Shown here in pieces: positions 38,617 through 48,374 of a stretch of 64,000 bases of DNA; positions within the stretch are counted from its first letter, which is position 1; each line of letters opens with the position of its first letter. The position numbers and the translations under genes were made by a program. The stretch covers positions 66,779 to 130,778 of the forward strand of contig NZ_JBELMO010000003.1 in the NCBI RefSeq assembly GCF_042095715.1, given 5' to 3'. The DNA is from Qipengyuania sp. Lineage in GTDB: Bacteria; Pseudomonadota; Alphaproteobacteria; Sphingomonadales; Sphingomonadaceae. Under the pieces are notes generated by a model. It was not told the DNA's origin, made no database searches, and saw nothing but the letters and a program-made list of their open reading frames with translations.

Positions 38617-40047
38617 ATGTTCATCGGCCAATCGCAGGATCTTTCACGCCGTCTCTTTTTGCGGAGGAGCGGGCAATTGGCAGCCATGGGAGCCGCTTCA
38701 TCCTATGCTCTGGGTCTTGCCGGACTTGGCGAGGCGGCCGCCTTCAGCGCGGGGGACGATTACAAGGCGCTGGTCTGCGTGTTCCTTTATGGAGGGAACG
38801 ACCACAATGCGATGCTGGTGCCGTTCGATGCGACGAACTACGCGCGTTACGCAGAAATTCGCGGCGGCGACGGGGAAGGTGGCGGTGGGCTGACCCCTGC
38901 CCGCTCCGATCTTTCCGCGACAGTGCTCAGTATCCCCCCAGGGCAGGTGACCAATCACGACATCACCTATGCGCTGTCGCCTGCAATGCCCAACCTTGCG
39001 CGCCTCTATGCTTCGGGCGACATGGCTCCGCTGCTCAACGTGGGCCCCTTGCTGGCGCCGATGACGCTTGCGCAGTACAAGAGTGGTGCCGTCCCGCGCC
39101 CCCCCAAGCTGTTCAGCCACAACGATCAGCAATCATCCTGGCAGGCCTATTCGACAGAAGGCGCGACAATCGGTGCTGGCGGGCGGATGGGCGATCTGGC
39201 GATGTCCAGCAACCACAACGCTCTGTTCACCTGCATGTCCGCCGCCGGAAATGCTGTGTTCCTGTCCGGCCAGCGCGCCCTTTCCTATCAGATCTCGCCG
39301 AACGGGGCGATTCCAGTGAACGGGGTTAAGGGCGGCGTTTACGGCTCGCGATCTGCGGGTGATGCGCTGTCCGCGCTGCTCACACAGGCAAATCCGCATG
39401 TTCTTGCCGCCGATCACTGCGCCATCGTCAAGCGCTCGATCGAGGCTGAGGCCTTCGTCACCGCAGCGCTGGAACCGGTCAGGCTCGGGACCAGTTTCGC
39501 GCCCGCCAGCGGCAGCAACGGGCTTGCCGGTCAGCTCAACGTGGTCGCGCGACTGATTGCGGCGCGCCGGGCGATGGGAGTGAAGCGCCAGGTCTTCATG
39601 GTGTCGATGGGAGGGTTCGACACGCATGACAATCAACCGACCAAGCACCCGCAATTGATGGGGCAACTCGACTTCGCCCTCTCGGCCTTCCATGCGGCGA
39701 TGGTGGAACTCGGGGTCGCGGACAAGGTCACCACCTTCACCGCCTCGGATTTCGGTCGGACGCTTGCCTCCAACGGAGACGGCTCCGATCACGGCTGGGG
39801 ATCGCACCATCTGGTGATGGGCGGAGCAGTGCGCGGCGGTCGCTATTACGGTACGGCCCCGGCGATTTCGCTCAAGACGGAGGATCAGGTGGGCAATGGC
39901 CGATTGCTCCCGACAACATCGGTCGATCAGTACATGGGCACGCTGGGCCGCTGGTTTGGAGTTGCCGACAGCGAACTGAGCGCGATCGCTCCCAATCTCG
40001 GCAGATTCGCTACGCCCGACCTCGGTTTCATGGCGCCAGCGGCCTGA
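38617..40047 (+). CDS. DUF1501 family Tat-exported protein
   Basis: SRRLFLRRS Tat motif; ALVCVFLYGGND, LFSHNDQQ, GGFDTH, SDFGRT and GSDHGWG. Confidence 0.9.
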   Translation: MFIGQSQDLSRRLFLRRSGQLAAMGAASSYALGLAGLGEAAAFSAGDDYKALVCVFLYGGNDHNAMLVPFDATNYARYAEIRGGDGEGGGGLTPARSDLSATVLSIPPGQVTNHDITYALSPAMPNLARLYASGDMAPLLNVGPLLAPMTLAQYKSGAVPRPPKLFSHNDQQSSWQAYSTEGATIGAGGRMGDLAMSSNHNALFTCMSAAGNAVFLSGQRALSYQISPNGAIPVNGVKGGVYGSRSAGDALSALLTQANPHVLAADHCAIVKRSIEAEAFVTAALEPVRLGTSFAPASGSNGLAGQLNVVARLIAARRAMGVKRQVFMVSMGGFDTHDNQPTKHPQLMGQLDFALSAFHAAMVELGVADKVTTFTASDFGRTLASNGDGSDHGWGSHHLVMGGAVRGGRYYGTAPAISLKTEDQVGNGRLLPTTSVDQYMGTLGRWFGVADSELSAIAPNLGRFATPDLGFMAPAA

Positions 40048-40107
40048 GAATGCGGTCCGCGCCATCGCAAGGTGGCGAGAGGCACGCGCGCTTGGTATGG
40101 GCGCGGC

Positions 40108-41064
40108 GTGCCAGATCCCCAAGCCTACCGCATTGCCGCCCTTTATCGCTTCGCTCGCTTTTCCGAGCCCGAACGGCTGCGCGCGCCCTTGCTGCAATTG
40201 TGCGAACGCCAGAATATCTGCGGCACGCTTCTGCTCGCCCGTGAAGGTATCAACGGGACGATTGCCGGCAGCCACGCCGCCATCGACGTGGTGCTGGAGC
40301 ATATCCACGCCCTCCCGGGCTGTTCCGAACTGGAGGTGAAGTTCTCTCACGCCGCCGATCCACCCTTCCGCCGCATGAAGGTGAGGCTGAAGAAGGAGAT
40401 CGTGACCATGGGCCAGCCCGATCTGGATCCGCTAGGGGCCGTAGGTACCTATGTGGCCCCGGAAGACTGGAACGCTCTGGTCGCGGATCCGGAAACGATC
40501 GTGATCGATACGCGCAACGACTACGAGGTGCAGATCGGCACATTCGCCGGTGCCATCAATCCGAAGACCGCCAGCTTCAGCGATTTTCCAGCCTGGTTTC
40601 GCGACAATCGCACCGCGCTGACCCAGGGGCGCAATGCGCCGAAAATCGCCATGTTCTGCACCGGGGGCATACGTTGCGAAAAATCGACGGCCTTCCTCCG
40701 CTCGGAAGGTATCGAGGAGGTCTATCATCTCAAGGGAGGCATCCTCGCCTATCTCGAGCAGATGGAAGAACGCGAAAGCCTGTGGGAAGGTGATTGCTTC
40801 GTCTTCGATGAGCGGGTGAGCGTGGGGCATGGCCTCGAACCTGGCGAGCACACGCTTTGCCGTGCCTGCCGGATGCCGCTCACTGCGAACGATCGCGCCT
40901 CGGAGCATTACCAGGAAGGCGTTTCCTGCCCGCATTGCGCTTCGCAACGCAATGAGGAGCAGCGCGCACGGTATGCCGAACGTCAACGGCAGGAGGATTT
41001 GGCGGCGAAGCGGGGACAGACGCACATCGGGGCGCGCTATCCGGCTGACAGCGATAATGGCTGA
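40108..41064 (+). CDS. trhO: Rhodanese-domain tRNA uridine(34) hydroxylase (YceA/UPF0176)
   Basis: [38 protein letters not shown] and FVFDER. Confidence 0.9.
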   Translation: MPDPQAYRIAALYRFARFSEPERLRAPLLQLCERQNICGTLLLAREGINGTIAGSHAAIDVVLEHIHALPGCSELEVKFSHAADPPFRRMKVRLKKEIVTMGQPDLDPLGAVGTYVAPEDWNALVADPETIVIDTRNDYEVQIGTFAGAINPKTASFSDFPAWFRDNRTALTQGRNAPKIAMFCTGGIRCEKSTAFLRSEGIEEVYHLKGGILAYLEQMEERESLWEGDCFVFDERVSVGHGLEPGEHTLCRACRMPLTANDRASEHYQEGVSCPHCASQRNEEQRARYAERQRQEDLAAKRGQTHIGARYPADSDNG

Positions 41065-41680
41065 GGCCGCCCTCTATAGCTTTCGCCGCTGCCCTTATGC
41101 GATGCGGGCGCGAATGGCCCTGCATGTGAGCGGCGTGTCCTACGAGCATCGCGAGGTCGTATTGCGGGACAAACCGGCGCAAATGCTGGAAGCTTCGCCA
41201 AAGGGAACCGTGCCGGTCCTCCAGCTGGACAGCGGACGTGTCCTAGAGGAAAGCCTCGATATCATGCATTGGGCGCTATCGGTGAGAGACCCGGAAGCGT
41301 GGCTGCAACGGCAGGATGCGGACCTGCTCGCGTCGAACGATGGCCCTTTCAAGCATCACCTCGACCGTTACAAATACGCGACGCGGTACGAGGATGCGGA
41401 CCCGGTCACGCATCGCACCCAGGCCATCCAGCATGTGATGGCGCTGGAAGAACGGCTCGCTTCTCAGAAATTCCTGTGCGGCGAACGGCGCGGCTTCGCG
41501 GATATCGCCATTTTCCCCTTCGTGCGGCAATTCGCCAACGCCGACCGGGCATGGTTCGATCAGCAACCCGTGCCCCGCGCGCGGGGATGGCTTCAAAGCC
41601 TGACGAGCTCGGACCTTTTTGAAGCCATCATGGCCAAGCATGAGCCCTGGCGCCCGGATCAGAGCACACGCGGCTCCTGA
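41057..41680 (+). CDS. Glutathione S-transferase family protein
   Basis: [28 protein letters not shown] and [10 protein letters not shown]. Confidence 0.9.
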   Translation: MAEAALYSFRRCPYAMRARMALHVSGVSYEHREVVLRDKPAQMLEASPKGTVPVLQLDSGRVLEESLDIMHWALSVRDPEAWLQRQDADLLASNDGPFKHHLDRYKYATRYEDADPVTHRTQAIQHVMALEERLASQKFLCGERRGFADIAIFPFVRQFANADRAWFDQQPVPRARGWLQSLTSSDLFEAIMAKHEPWRPDQSTRGS

Positions 41681-42768
41681 TCTTGCAGCACATGCGTGCA
41701 ACCCAAGGCAGCCGCATCGTCATCGTCGGACAGCGCCGCCACCGTCCGCCAACCGATAGCGCGCAGGCGCCGCGCTGCTTCGAGGTCGTGTTCGGCAGGC
41801 AGGAACAGGACGTCGCGCGCTTCGCCTTCGAGACCGATCGCCTCCAGGAGAGGTTCGAGATAGAGCGAAAATCCGACCGCCGGCTCGTCGCTTCCGTGGA
41901 TGACATAGGTGCCCCCGCGACCGATCGCGTGCCGCGCACCGTAGGCATAAAGCGCGAACCCGAACCAGCTCTGATATTCGAAGCCATGTCGCTCGGTAGG
42001 ATCGAGCGTGACGCGGACCCCTTCGCCGAGCCCCGATGCGATTTCACGCAGCGCACCCAGCCGACTGGCAAGCGCACCGCCATCATCCATCTCGGCGAGG
42101 CGCCCAAGCGCTTCCTCCAGCGGACCCGCCGCATAGAGAAGCGGCAGATAGTCCTCACCCCCCGCTTCGACCAGGCCGCCCGCATCCTTCATGTCCAGCT
42201 CGCGGCGCACGGCATCGACCGCACCGGAGGGCAGTGGCAGCATCCCCGATGCCAGCGTGTCCACCAGATCGGGCAGGGTGAAATCGACCGAGATCTTCTT
42301 TGCGCCAGCGGCGATCACGGCGTCCACCGCCAGTTCCACGGCCTCACGCGCTGCCGCGACCGTGTCGCTGCCGATGATCTCCGCGCCCAATTGCAGGCGC
42401 TGGCGCGCAGGATCGAGCTGGTCCGCCCGGATCGTGGCGACTTCACCCGCGTAGCATAGCCGTAGCGGACGCGTGGCATGCGCCAGCGCGGTCGCGGCAA
42501 TCCGGCCGACCTGCGGGGTCATGTCGCTGCGAACCGCCAGCGTCCGCAGGCTGACCGGATCGGTGAAGCGCACCATCCGGCGCGTGCTGACACCCTCCAT
42601 GCGCTGGGAGAAAGAGCGTTCGAATTCGATAAGCGGCGGACGCACCCGGTCGTAACCGTGTGCGTCCATCGTATCGAGCGCCGCGCGCATGGCTCGTGTC
42701 ACCGCGGCGGCTTCCGCAGGGAGTGCATCGGCAAGCCCTTCGGGCAGCAGGTCGTCGAGTTCCGTCAT
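41659..42768 (-). CDS. hisZ: ATP phosphoribosyltransferase regulatory subunit
   Basis: LLPEGLAD, RSDMTPQVGRI, RLCYAG, QLGAEIIG, FEYQSWFGF and GRGG. Confidence 0.92.
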   Translation of the reverse strand: MTELDDLLPEGLADALPAEAAAVTRAMRAALDTMDAHGYDRVRPPLIEFERSFSQRMEGVSTRRMVRFTDPVSLRTLAVRSDMTPQVGRIAATALAHATRPLRLCYAGEVATIRADQLDPARQRLQLGAEIIGSDTVAAAREAVELAVDAVIAAGAKKISVDFTLPDLVDTLASGMLPLPSGAVDAVRRELDMKDAGGLVEAGGEDYLPLLYAAGPLEEALGRLAEMDDGGALASRLGALREIASGLGEGVRVTLDPTERHGFEYQSWFGFALYAYGARHAIGRGGTYVIHGSDEPAVGFSLYLEPLLEAIGLEGEARDVLFLPAEHDLEAARRLRAIGWRTVAALSDDDDAAALGCTHVLQDQEPRVL

Positions 42769-42783
42769 GAACGGCCCCCTGCC

Positions 42784-44370
42784 CTAGAACTCCAGCGGCG
42801 TCACCACCTTCACGCCTTCCAGCGCGCAGGCCGCCTTCACAACCTCCTCCGGGATCGGCTGATCGACACTCAGCAGCAGCACTGCTTCGCCACCGGTGTC
42901 CCTGCGGCCGAGGTGGAAGGTGCCGATGTTGATGCCGTTGTCGCCCAGCAGGGAACCGATGCGTCCGATGAAGCCGGGCGCGTCCTCGTTTACGATGTAG
43001 AGCATGTGGCCCGACAGTTCGGCTTCGATTCCCACTCCGAAAATCTCCACCAGACGCGGTGCGCTGGGGCCGAATAGTGTGCCGGCGACGGACCGATCTC
43101 CCTGGCTGGTCTTGACCGTCACGCGGATGAGAGTCTGGTATACGCCCTCGCGATCATGTCGAACTTCGCGCACATCGAGGCCGCGCTCCTTGGCGAGGAA
43201 CGGGGCGTTGACCATGTTCACGGTGTCGGAATAGCGGCGCATCAGGCCCGCTAGCACCGCGCCGGTGATGGGCTTTCCGGAAAGGCTCGCAGCGGCCCCT
43301 TCGCGTTCGATGCTGATTTCGCTCAGGCTGCCATGCGCGAGCTGTCCGACCAAGCTGCCGAGATTGGTCGCCAAGGCCATGTAGGGCCTGAGCTTGGGCG
43401 CCTCCTCCGCACTGAGGCTGGGCATGTTGAGGGCATTGGTGACGCCCCCCGTGACGAGATAATCCGCCATCTGTTCAGCCACTTGCAGGGCGACGTTTAC
43501 CTGCGCTTCGGTGGTCGAGGCACCCAGGTGAGGGGTGCAGATGAAGTTGGGCTTGCCGAACAGCGGGCTCTCCTTGGCAGGTTCGGCCTGGAACACGTCC
43601 AGCGCCGCGCCCGCGACCTGCCCGCTGTCGAGCGCGTCGGCCAGCGCCGCTTCGTCGATCAGCCCGCCCCTCGCGCAATTGACGATACGCACGCCCTGCT
43701 TGGTCTTGGCGAGATTCTCGCGGCTGAGAATATTGCGGGTCTCGTCGGTCAGCGGCGTGTGCAGGGTGATGAAATCGGCCCGCGCCAGCAACTCGTCCAG
43801 AGTGACCTTCTCCACACCGATCTCGATCGCGCGCTCGGGCGTCAGGAACGGGTCGTAGGCGACGACCTTCATCCTGAGGCCGTTGGCCCGGGCCGCCACG
43901 ATGGTGCCGATATTGCCCGCGCCGATCAGGCCCAGGGTCTTGCCCGTCACCTCGACACCCATGAACGCGTTCTTGGGCCATTCGCCCGCCTGCGTACGGG
44001 TGTTCGCTTCCGGAATCTGCCGCGCGAGTGCGAACATCATGGCGATCGCATGTTCGGCGGTGGTGATCGAGTTGCCGAACGGCGTGTTCATCACGACCAC
44101 GCCCTTGGAGCTCGCCGCGGGGATATCGACGTTGTCGACGCCGATTCCGGCCCGGCCGATCACCTTGAGATTGGTCGCGGCGTCCAGGATGTCGGCGGTT
44201 ACCTTCGTGGCGGAGCGGATGGCGAGGCCATCGTATTCACCGATAACGGCTTTCAACTCGTCGGGCGTCATGCCCGGCTTCACATCCACGTCGCAGCCGT
44301 TTTCGGCGAAGATACGCGCGGCGTTGTCATCCATCTTGTCGGAAATGAGGACTTTGGGTTTGCTGGTCAT
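42784..44370 (-). CDS. serA: D-3-phosphoglycerate dehydrogenase
   Basis: IRSATK, RAGIGVDN, GAGNIG, NCARGG and PHLGAST; C-terminal ACT domain. Confidence 0.97.
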   Translation of the reverse strand: MTSKPKVLISDKMDDNAARIFAENGCDVDVKPGMTPDELKAVIGEYDGLAIRSATKVTADILDAATNLKVIGRAGIGVDNVDIPAASSKGVVVMNTPFGNSITTAEHAIAMMFALARQIPEANTRTQAGEWPKNAFMGVEVTGKTLGLIGAGNIGTIVAARANGLRMKVVAYDPFLTPERAIEIGVEKVTLDELLARADFITLHTPLTDETRNILSRENLAKTKQGVRIVNCARGGLIDEAALADALDSGQVAGAALDVFQAEPAKESPLFGKPNFICTPHLGASTTEAQVNVALQVAEQMADYLVTGGVTNALNMPSLSAEEAPKLRPYMALATNLGSLVGQLAHGSLSEISIEREGAAASLSGKPITGAVLAGLMRRYSDTVNMVNAPFLAKERGLDVREVRHDREGVYQTLIRVTVKTSQGDRSVAGTLFGPSAPRLVEIFGVGIEAELSGHMLYIVNEDAPGFIGRIGSLLGDNGINIGTFHLGRRDTGGEAVLLLSVDQPIPEEVVKAACALEGVKVVTPLEF

Positions 44371-44482
44371 CAGGGAAATCCTTGGATCGTAACCCCGGAG
44401 ATGCTCCGGGGTCCCGCGTCCTTGCGGACGGCGGGACAGAAGAAAGAGCGGAACCCCGGTGCAAAACCGGGAGACACATGAA

Positions 44483-45607
44483 TTAGTTGCGGAGCGTGTC
44501 CCAGGCCCAGTCGAGCCAGGGGCCGAGCGCTTCGATATCGGCGGTCTCAACGGTCGATCCGCACCAGATCCGCAGGCCCGCTGGCGCATCGCGATATCCG
44601 GCAATGTCGTAGGCGGCATCTTCGGCTTCGAGCAGACCGCCGAACTTCTTGATGAAATCCGCATCCGCGCCCTCAACCGTCAGACAGACGCTGGTGTTGG
44701 AGCGGTTGGCCGGATCGGCAACGAGATGGCCCAGCCACGCGCGTTCCTGAACCAGTTTATCGAGCGCAGCGGCATTGGCTTCGGCGCGGCGCTTCATTCC
44801 GGCCAGACCACCGACGCACTTCGCCCATTCGAGCGCGAAGATCGCATCTTCCACCGCCAGCATGGACGGGGTGTTGATGGTTTCGCCCTTGAAGATGCCC
44901 TCGATCAGCTTTCCGCCCTTGGTCATGCGGAACAGCTTGGGCAGCGGCCAGGCAGGCGTATAACTTTCCAGCCGCTCGACCGCGCGCGGACCCAGGATCA
45001 GCACGCCATGCGCGCCCTCGCCGCCGAGCACCTTCTGCCACGAAAAGGTCAGCACATCGACTTTGTCCCAGGCGATATCCTGCGCGAACACGGCGCTGGT
45101 GGCATCCGCGATGGCCAGGCCTTTACGATCCGCCGCGATCCATTCGCCATCGGGCACCTTCACCCCGCTGGTCGTGCCGTTCCAGGTGAACACCACATCG
45201 GTGGACCAGTCCACCTGCGAAAGATCGGGCAGTTCGCCATAATCGGCACGGATAACGGTCGGATCGATCTTGAGCTGCTTGAGAGCGTCGGTCACCCAGC
45301 CTTCGCCGAAGCTTTCCCAGGCGAGCGTGGTCACACCGCGCGCACCCAGCATCGTCCACATGGCCATTTCGACGGCTCCGGTATCGGAACCGGGCACAAT
45401 GCCGATCAGATGGCTGTCGGGCACCTCCAGAACCTCTCGGATCAGGTCGATGCAATATTGCAGACGCGCCTTGCCCAGCTTGGAGCGATGCGAACGCCCG
45501 AGCGATTGGGTAGCAATCTTGTCGGGGGACCATCCCGGCGGCTTGGCGCAGGGACCGGACGAGAAGAACGGACGCGCTGGCTTGCGCGCCGGTTTGGAAG
45601 CAGTCAT
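44483..45607 (-). CDS. serC: Phosphoserine aminotransferase (alphaproteobacterial/Methanosarcina type)
   Basis: FSSGPCAKP, GSDTGA, WNGTTSGV, SWQK, NTPSM and LRIWCG. Confidence 0.95.
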   Translation of the reverse strand: MTASKPARKPARPFFSSGPCAKPPGWSPDKIATQSLGRSHRSKLGKARLQYCIDLIREVLEVPDSHLIGIVPGSDTGAVEMAMWTMLGARGVTTLAWESFGEGWVTDALKQLKIDPTVIRADYGELPDLSQVDWSTDVVFTWNGTTSGVKVPDGEWIAADRKGLAIADATSAVFAQDIAWDKVDVLTFSWQKVLGGEGAHGVLILGPRAVERLESYTPAWPLPKLFRMTKGGKLIEGIFKGETINTPSMLAVEDAIFALEWAKCVGGLAGMKRRAEANAAALDKLVQERAWLGHLVADPANRSNTSVCLTVEGADADFIKKFGGLLEAEDAAYDIAGYRDAPAGLRIWCGSTVETADIEALGPWLDWAWDTLRN

Positions 45608-45611
45608 GTAT

Positions 45612-45655
45612 TCTCTCCTTGCAGAGAGCACGCGCGGCGTTGGGACCGCGTGGCC
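45612..45655 (-). promoter_or_regulatory. Probable serC leader RNA element
   Basis: Two short hairpins (cgcgg-tcccaacg-ccgcg; ctctc-tgcaag-gagag); the second sequesters the serC RBS, matching the described architecture of the alphaproteobacterial serC motif. Confidence 0.6.
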
Positions 45656-45781
45656 CGGCGCCGCACATAAAGTTGCGAGCCGCCGAGTCAATGAATACCG
45701 GTAATTATGCGGTGAAGCGCGCCGGGTGAAGGATCGTTGCCGCCCTCGCCAAATCAAGCGGCGCAAACTAAGGCGCGGCGA

Positions 45782-46930
45782 ATGAAGATTTCGGACCTAC
45801 GGATCGCACTCGTCACCGGCAATTACAACATGGTGCGCGACGGGCCAACGCAGGCGCTGGGCCGCCTGGTCAGGTTCATGCTGGACGAGGGCGCACAAGT
45901 GCGGATCTTCGCCCCAACCATCGATAATCCGCAGGTGGAACAGCCGGGCGAGATTGTGCCGCTACCCAGCTTCGCCATTCCGGGGCGGAGCGAATATCGC
46001 ATTCCCCTGGGCCTCTTCGGCGAAGCGAAAGAGAATTTCGAGGATTTCCGCCCCAATATCGTCCATGTCGCCAGCCCCGACCGGGCGAGCCGACAGGCCG
46101 CGAAATGGGCGCGCGGACACGGCGTTCCGGTCCTCGCCAGCGTCCACACCCGGTTCGAGACTTACCCGCAGTATTACCATCTGGGTTTCATGCAGGGCGC
46201 GGTCGAGGCATGGCTGCGCGCGCTTTATCGCAAGTGCGATGCGCTGGTCGCCCCTTCTGACGGGATGGTCGACGTGCTGCGCGAACAGCGCATGCATCGC
46301 GATATCGGCATATGGTCCCGCGGGGTAAACCGCGACATCTTCAATTCCGGTGTGCGCGACCCGGCGCTGCGACACGGGATCGGGATCGAGGACGATGAGG
46401 TCGCGATCGGCTTCCTGGGCCGGGTCGTCATGGAAAAGGGGCTGCCCGAATTCGCCGAAACCATGAAGGAACTCCAACGCCGGAAGGTGCCGCACAAGGT
46501 TCTGGTCCTGGGCGATGGGCCGGCAAGGGAATGGTTTTCAGAGCAAGTGCCCGAAGCCCGTTTCGCCGGATATCAGACGGGTGATGATCTGGGGCGCTGG
46601 GTCGCCTGTATGGACATGTTCTTCAACCCGTCGATTACCGAGACCTTCGGCAACGTCACGCTGGAGGCGATGGCCTGCGGAGTGCCGGTGGTTGCCGCCC
46701 GCGCAACCGGGGCGACCACGCTGGTAAAGGATGGCGTCACCGGCGTGTTGGTGACGCCAGGCGATACGGCAGGTTTCGCAGATGCGCTGCAACGCTACAT
46801 CGAACAGCCCGAGCTGCGGCAAGAGCACGGCGCGGCAGGCGAAGCGCGCAGCCGGCTGTTCGACTGGGACCGGATCAATCGCGAAATGGCCGACACCTAT
46901 TTGCGGCTGGTCATGGCGCGCCAACGCTGA
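45782..46930 (+). CDS. GT4 family glycosyltransferase
   Basis: SVHTRFETY, WSRGV, GRVVMEK and ETFGNVTLEAMACG. Confidence 0.9.
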   Translation: MKISDLRIALVTGNYNMVRDGPTQALGRLVRFMLDEGAQVRIFAPTIDNPQVEQPGEIVPLPSFAIPGRSEYRIPLGLFGEAKENFEDFRPNIVHVASPDRASRQAAKWARGHGVPVLASVHTRFETYPQYYHLGFMQGAVEAWLRALYRKCDALVAPSDGMVDVLREQRMHRDIGIWSRGVNRDIFNSGVRDPALRHGIGIEDDEVAIGFLGRVVMEKGLPEFAETMKELQRRKVPHKVLVLGDGPAREWFSEQVPEARFAGYQTGDDLGRWVACMDMFFNPSITETFGNVTLEAMACGVPVVAARATGATTLVKDGVTGVLVTPGDTAGFADALQRYIEQPELRQEHGAAGEARSRLFDWDRINREMADTYLRLVMARQR

Positions 46931-46933
46931 CGT

Positions 46934-47428
46934 TTATCGCAGCACGCCCTTGCCGCGCATGCTGATGGCGTGGATCAACAGGAAGGTCGCAACCGACCAG
47001 ATCACGATGGTCATCGGGGTCGATGAATCTATCCAGTCAGGTTGCGGCGTCAGCAGCTGATACAGGGTGTTGACGCCCAATCCGATCAGGGAACCCGCGA
47101 AGGCCCAGACGGCCAAACGCGTGCGCAGCAACAACAGGATGGACCCGGCAACGGCGCCCCATACGCCAAGCGCCCAGAAACCCGTCACGCCGACGGGAAA
47201 GCTCTGGAAATACGCCATGGCCTGCGCAGGGGTAACCTCCATGCCGCCCAGCATGGTTTCGAAATAGGCTAGGTTGCCCAGCTGCGTCTGGAGATAATCG
47301 TTAGCTCCGAAGGCATTCCACAGCAGAGAGACGACCCCCACCGCCCACAAATGCCACGGCGTGCCTTCTGCCGTGGCGGTGCGCACCGGCACCGCGCGCG
47401 CCGAATCATCCTCTACGAACTCAACCAT
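46934..47428 (-). CDS. Conserved four-TM hypothetical protein
   Basis: TPWHLWAVGVVSLLWNAFGANDY..FWALGVWGAVAGSILLLLR. Confidence 0.8.
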   Translation of the reverse strand: MVEFVEDDSARAVPVRTATAEGTPWHLWAVGVVSLLWNAFGANDYLQTQLGNLAYFETMLGGMEVTPAQAMAYFQSFPVGVTGFWALGVWGAVAGSILLLLRTRLAVWAFAGSLIGLGVNTLYQLLTPQPDWIDSSTPMTIVIWSVATFLLIHAISMRGKGVLR

Positions 47429-47487
47429 GGTGCTCTCCCCGCAGACTGCGCGCCCTGCGGGGAGGGATAGCATCCGGGCGACGCGAC

Positions 47488-48192
47488 TCAAAGGCGTTCG
47501 ATCTTGCGAGCCATTTCGTCGATAAGGTCGACGATCTCGGCCATGGTGTCTTCGTCCAGTCTGCCGTGACGGGCCTTGTTCTTCACGACCTGCGCGAGAT
47601 TGCCGAGCGCACGGAACATCTCCGGCGTTGCGAAAGCGCGGTGGCGCTGCGCGCGGTCTTCCGCCTGGCCGGTAAGCCGTTCCATCAGAGCTGCCGCATC
47701 TTCGGCCCGCTCCTTCAATTCATCGCGGCCCTTTTCGGTTACTTGGTAGGCCCGGCGCGGTTCATCGCCCTCGACCTCGCGGATCGCGCCTTCGTCCTCC
47801 AGCAGGGACAGAGTTGGATAGATCGTGCCGGGGCTGGGTGCATAGCTGCCGCCGGTCATGTCCTCGATGGCCTTGATCAGTTCGTAGCCATGACGCGGCT
47901 CGTCGGCGATCAATCGCAGGAGCAGGAGCCGCAATTCTCCTTGCGCGAACATGCGTTGCCTGCGCCTGCCGCGATAGCCGCGATCTCGTCCACGCTGGTC
48001 GCCGCCCGGACCGAAGGGGCCTTTGGGGCCGAAGGGACCATCAGGACCGAAGGGACCCCTCGGTCCGAAAAAACCGTCCGGGCCGAAGAAGCCGCCCATG
48101 TCGCCAAAATCGCCGTCGCGCCCCTTGGCGCCCATGGTGATCGTTACCGGCCAGTCCCGACCCCATTTCCTGAAATTCCTCGATCCGTACAT
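47488..48192 (-). CDS. PadR family transcriptional regulator with Gly/Pro/Phe N-terminal repeats
   Basis: GELRLLLL..PRHGYELIKAIE..YAPSPGTIYPTL..YQVTEKG. Confidence 0.9.
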   Translation of the reverse strand: MYGSRNFRKWGRDWPVTITMGAKGRDGDFGDMGGFFGPDGFFGPRGPFGPDGPFGPKGPFGPGGDQRGRDRGYRGRRRQRMFAQGELRLLLLRLIADEPRHGYELIKAIEDMTGGSYAPSPGTIYPTLSLLEDEGAIREVEGDEPRRAYQVTEKGRDELKERAEDAAALMERLTGQAEDRAQRHRAFATPEMFRALGNLAQVVKNKARHGRLDEDTMAEIVDLIDEMARKIERL

Positions 48193-48209
48193 CGCAAAGC
48201 CTCTCCATG

Positions 48210-48235
48210 TTAAGATATGTCTAAGATATATCGTA
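48210..48235 (-). promoter_or_regulatory. Putative PadR promoter/operator
   Basis: TAAGATAT twice at an 11-bp period, including GATATATC; overlaps TTACGA-N18-TAACAT on the minus strand just upstream of the ATG. Confidence 0.45.
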
Positions 48236-48374
48236 AGAGCCGTCCGACAAGGGGGAAAGAAAAGTTTTTCGCCCGCCAGATGATGAGGAACGCCACCCCG
48301 GTTCGACTCCATGCGAGGACGGTTCGCGCTCGGGCAAACATGGCAATTCGTGTGTCGTACGCTATCTGTTGGAG

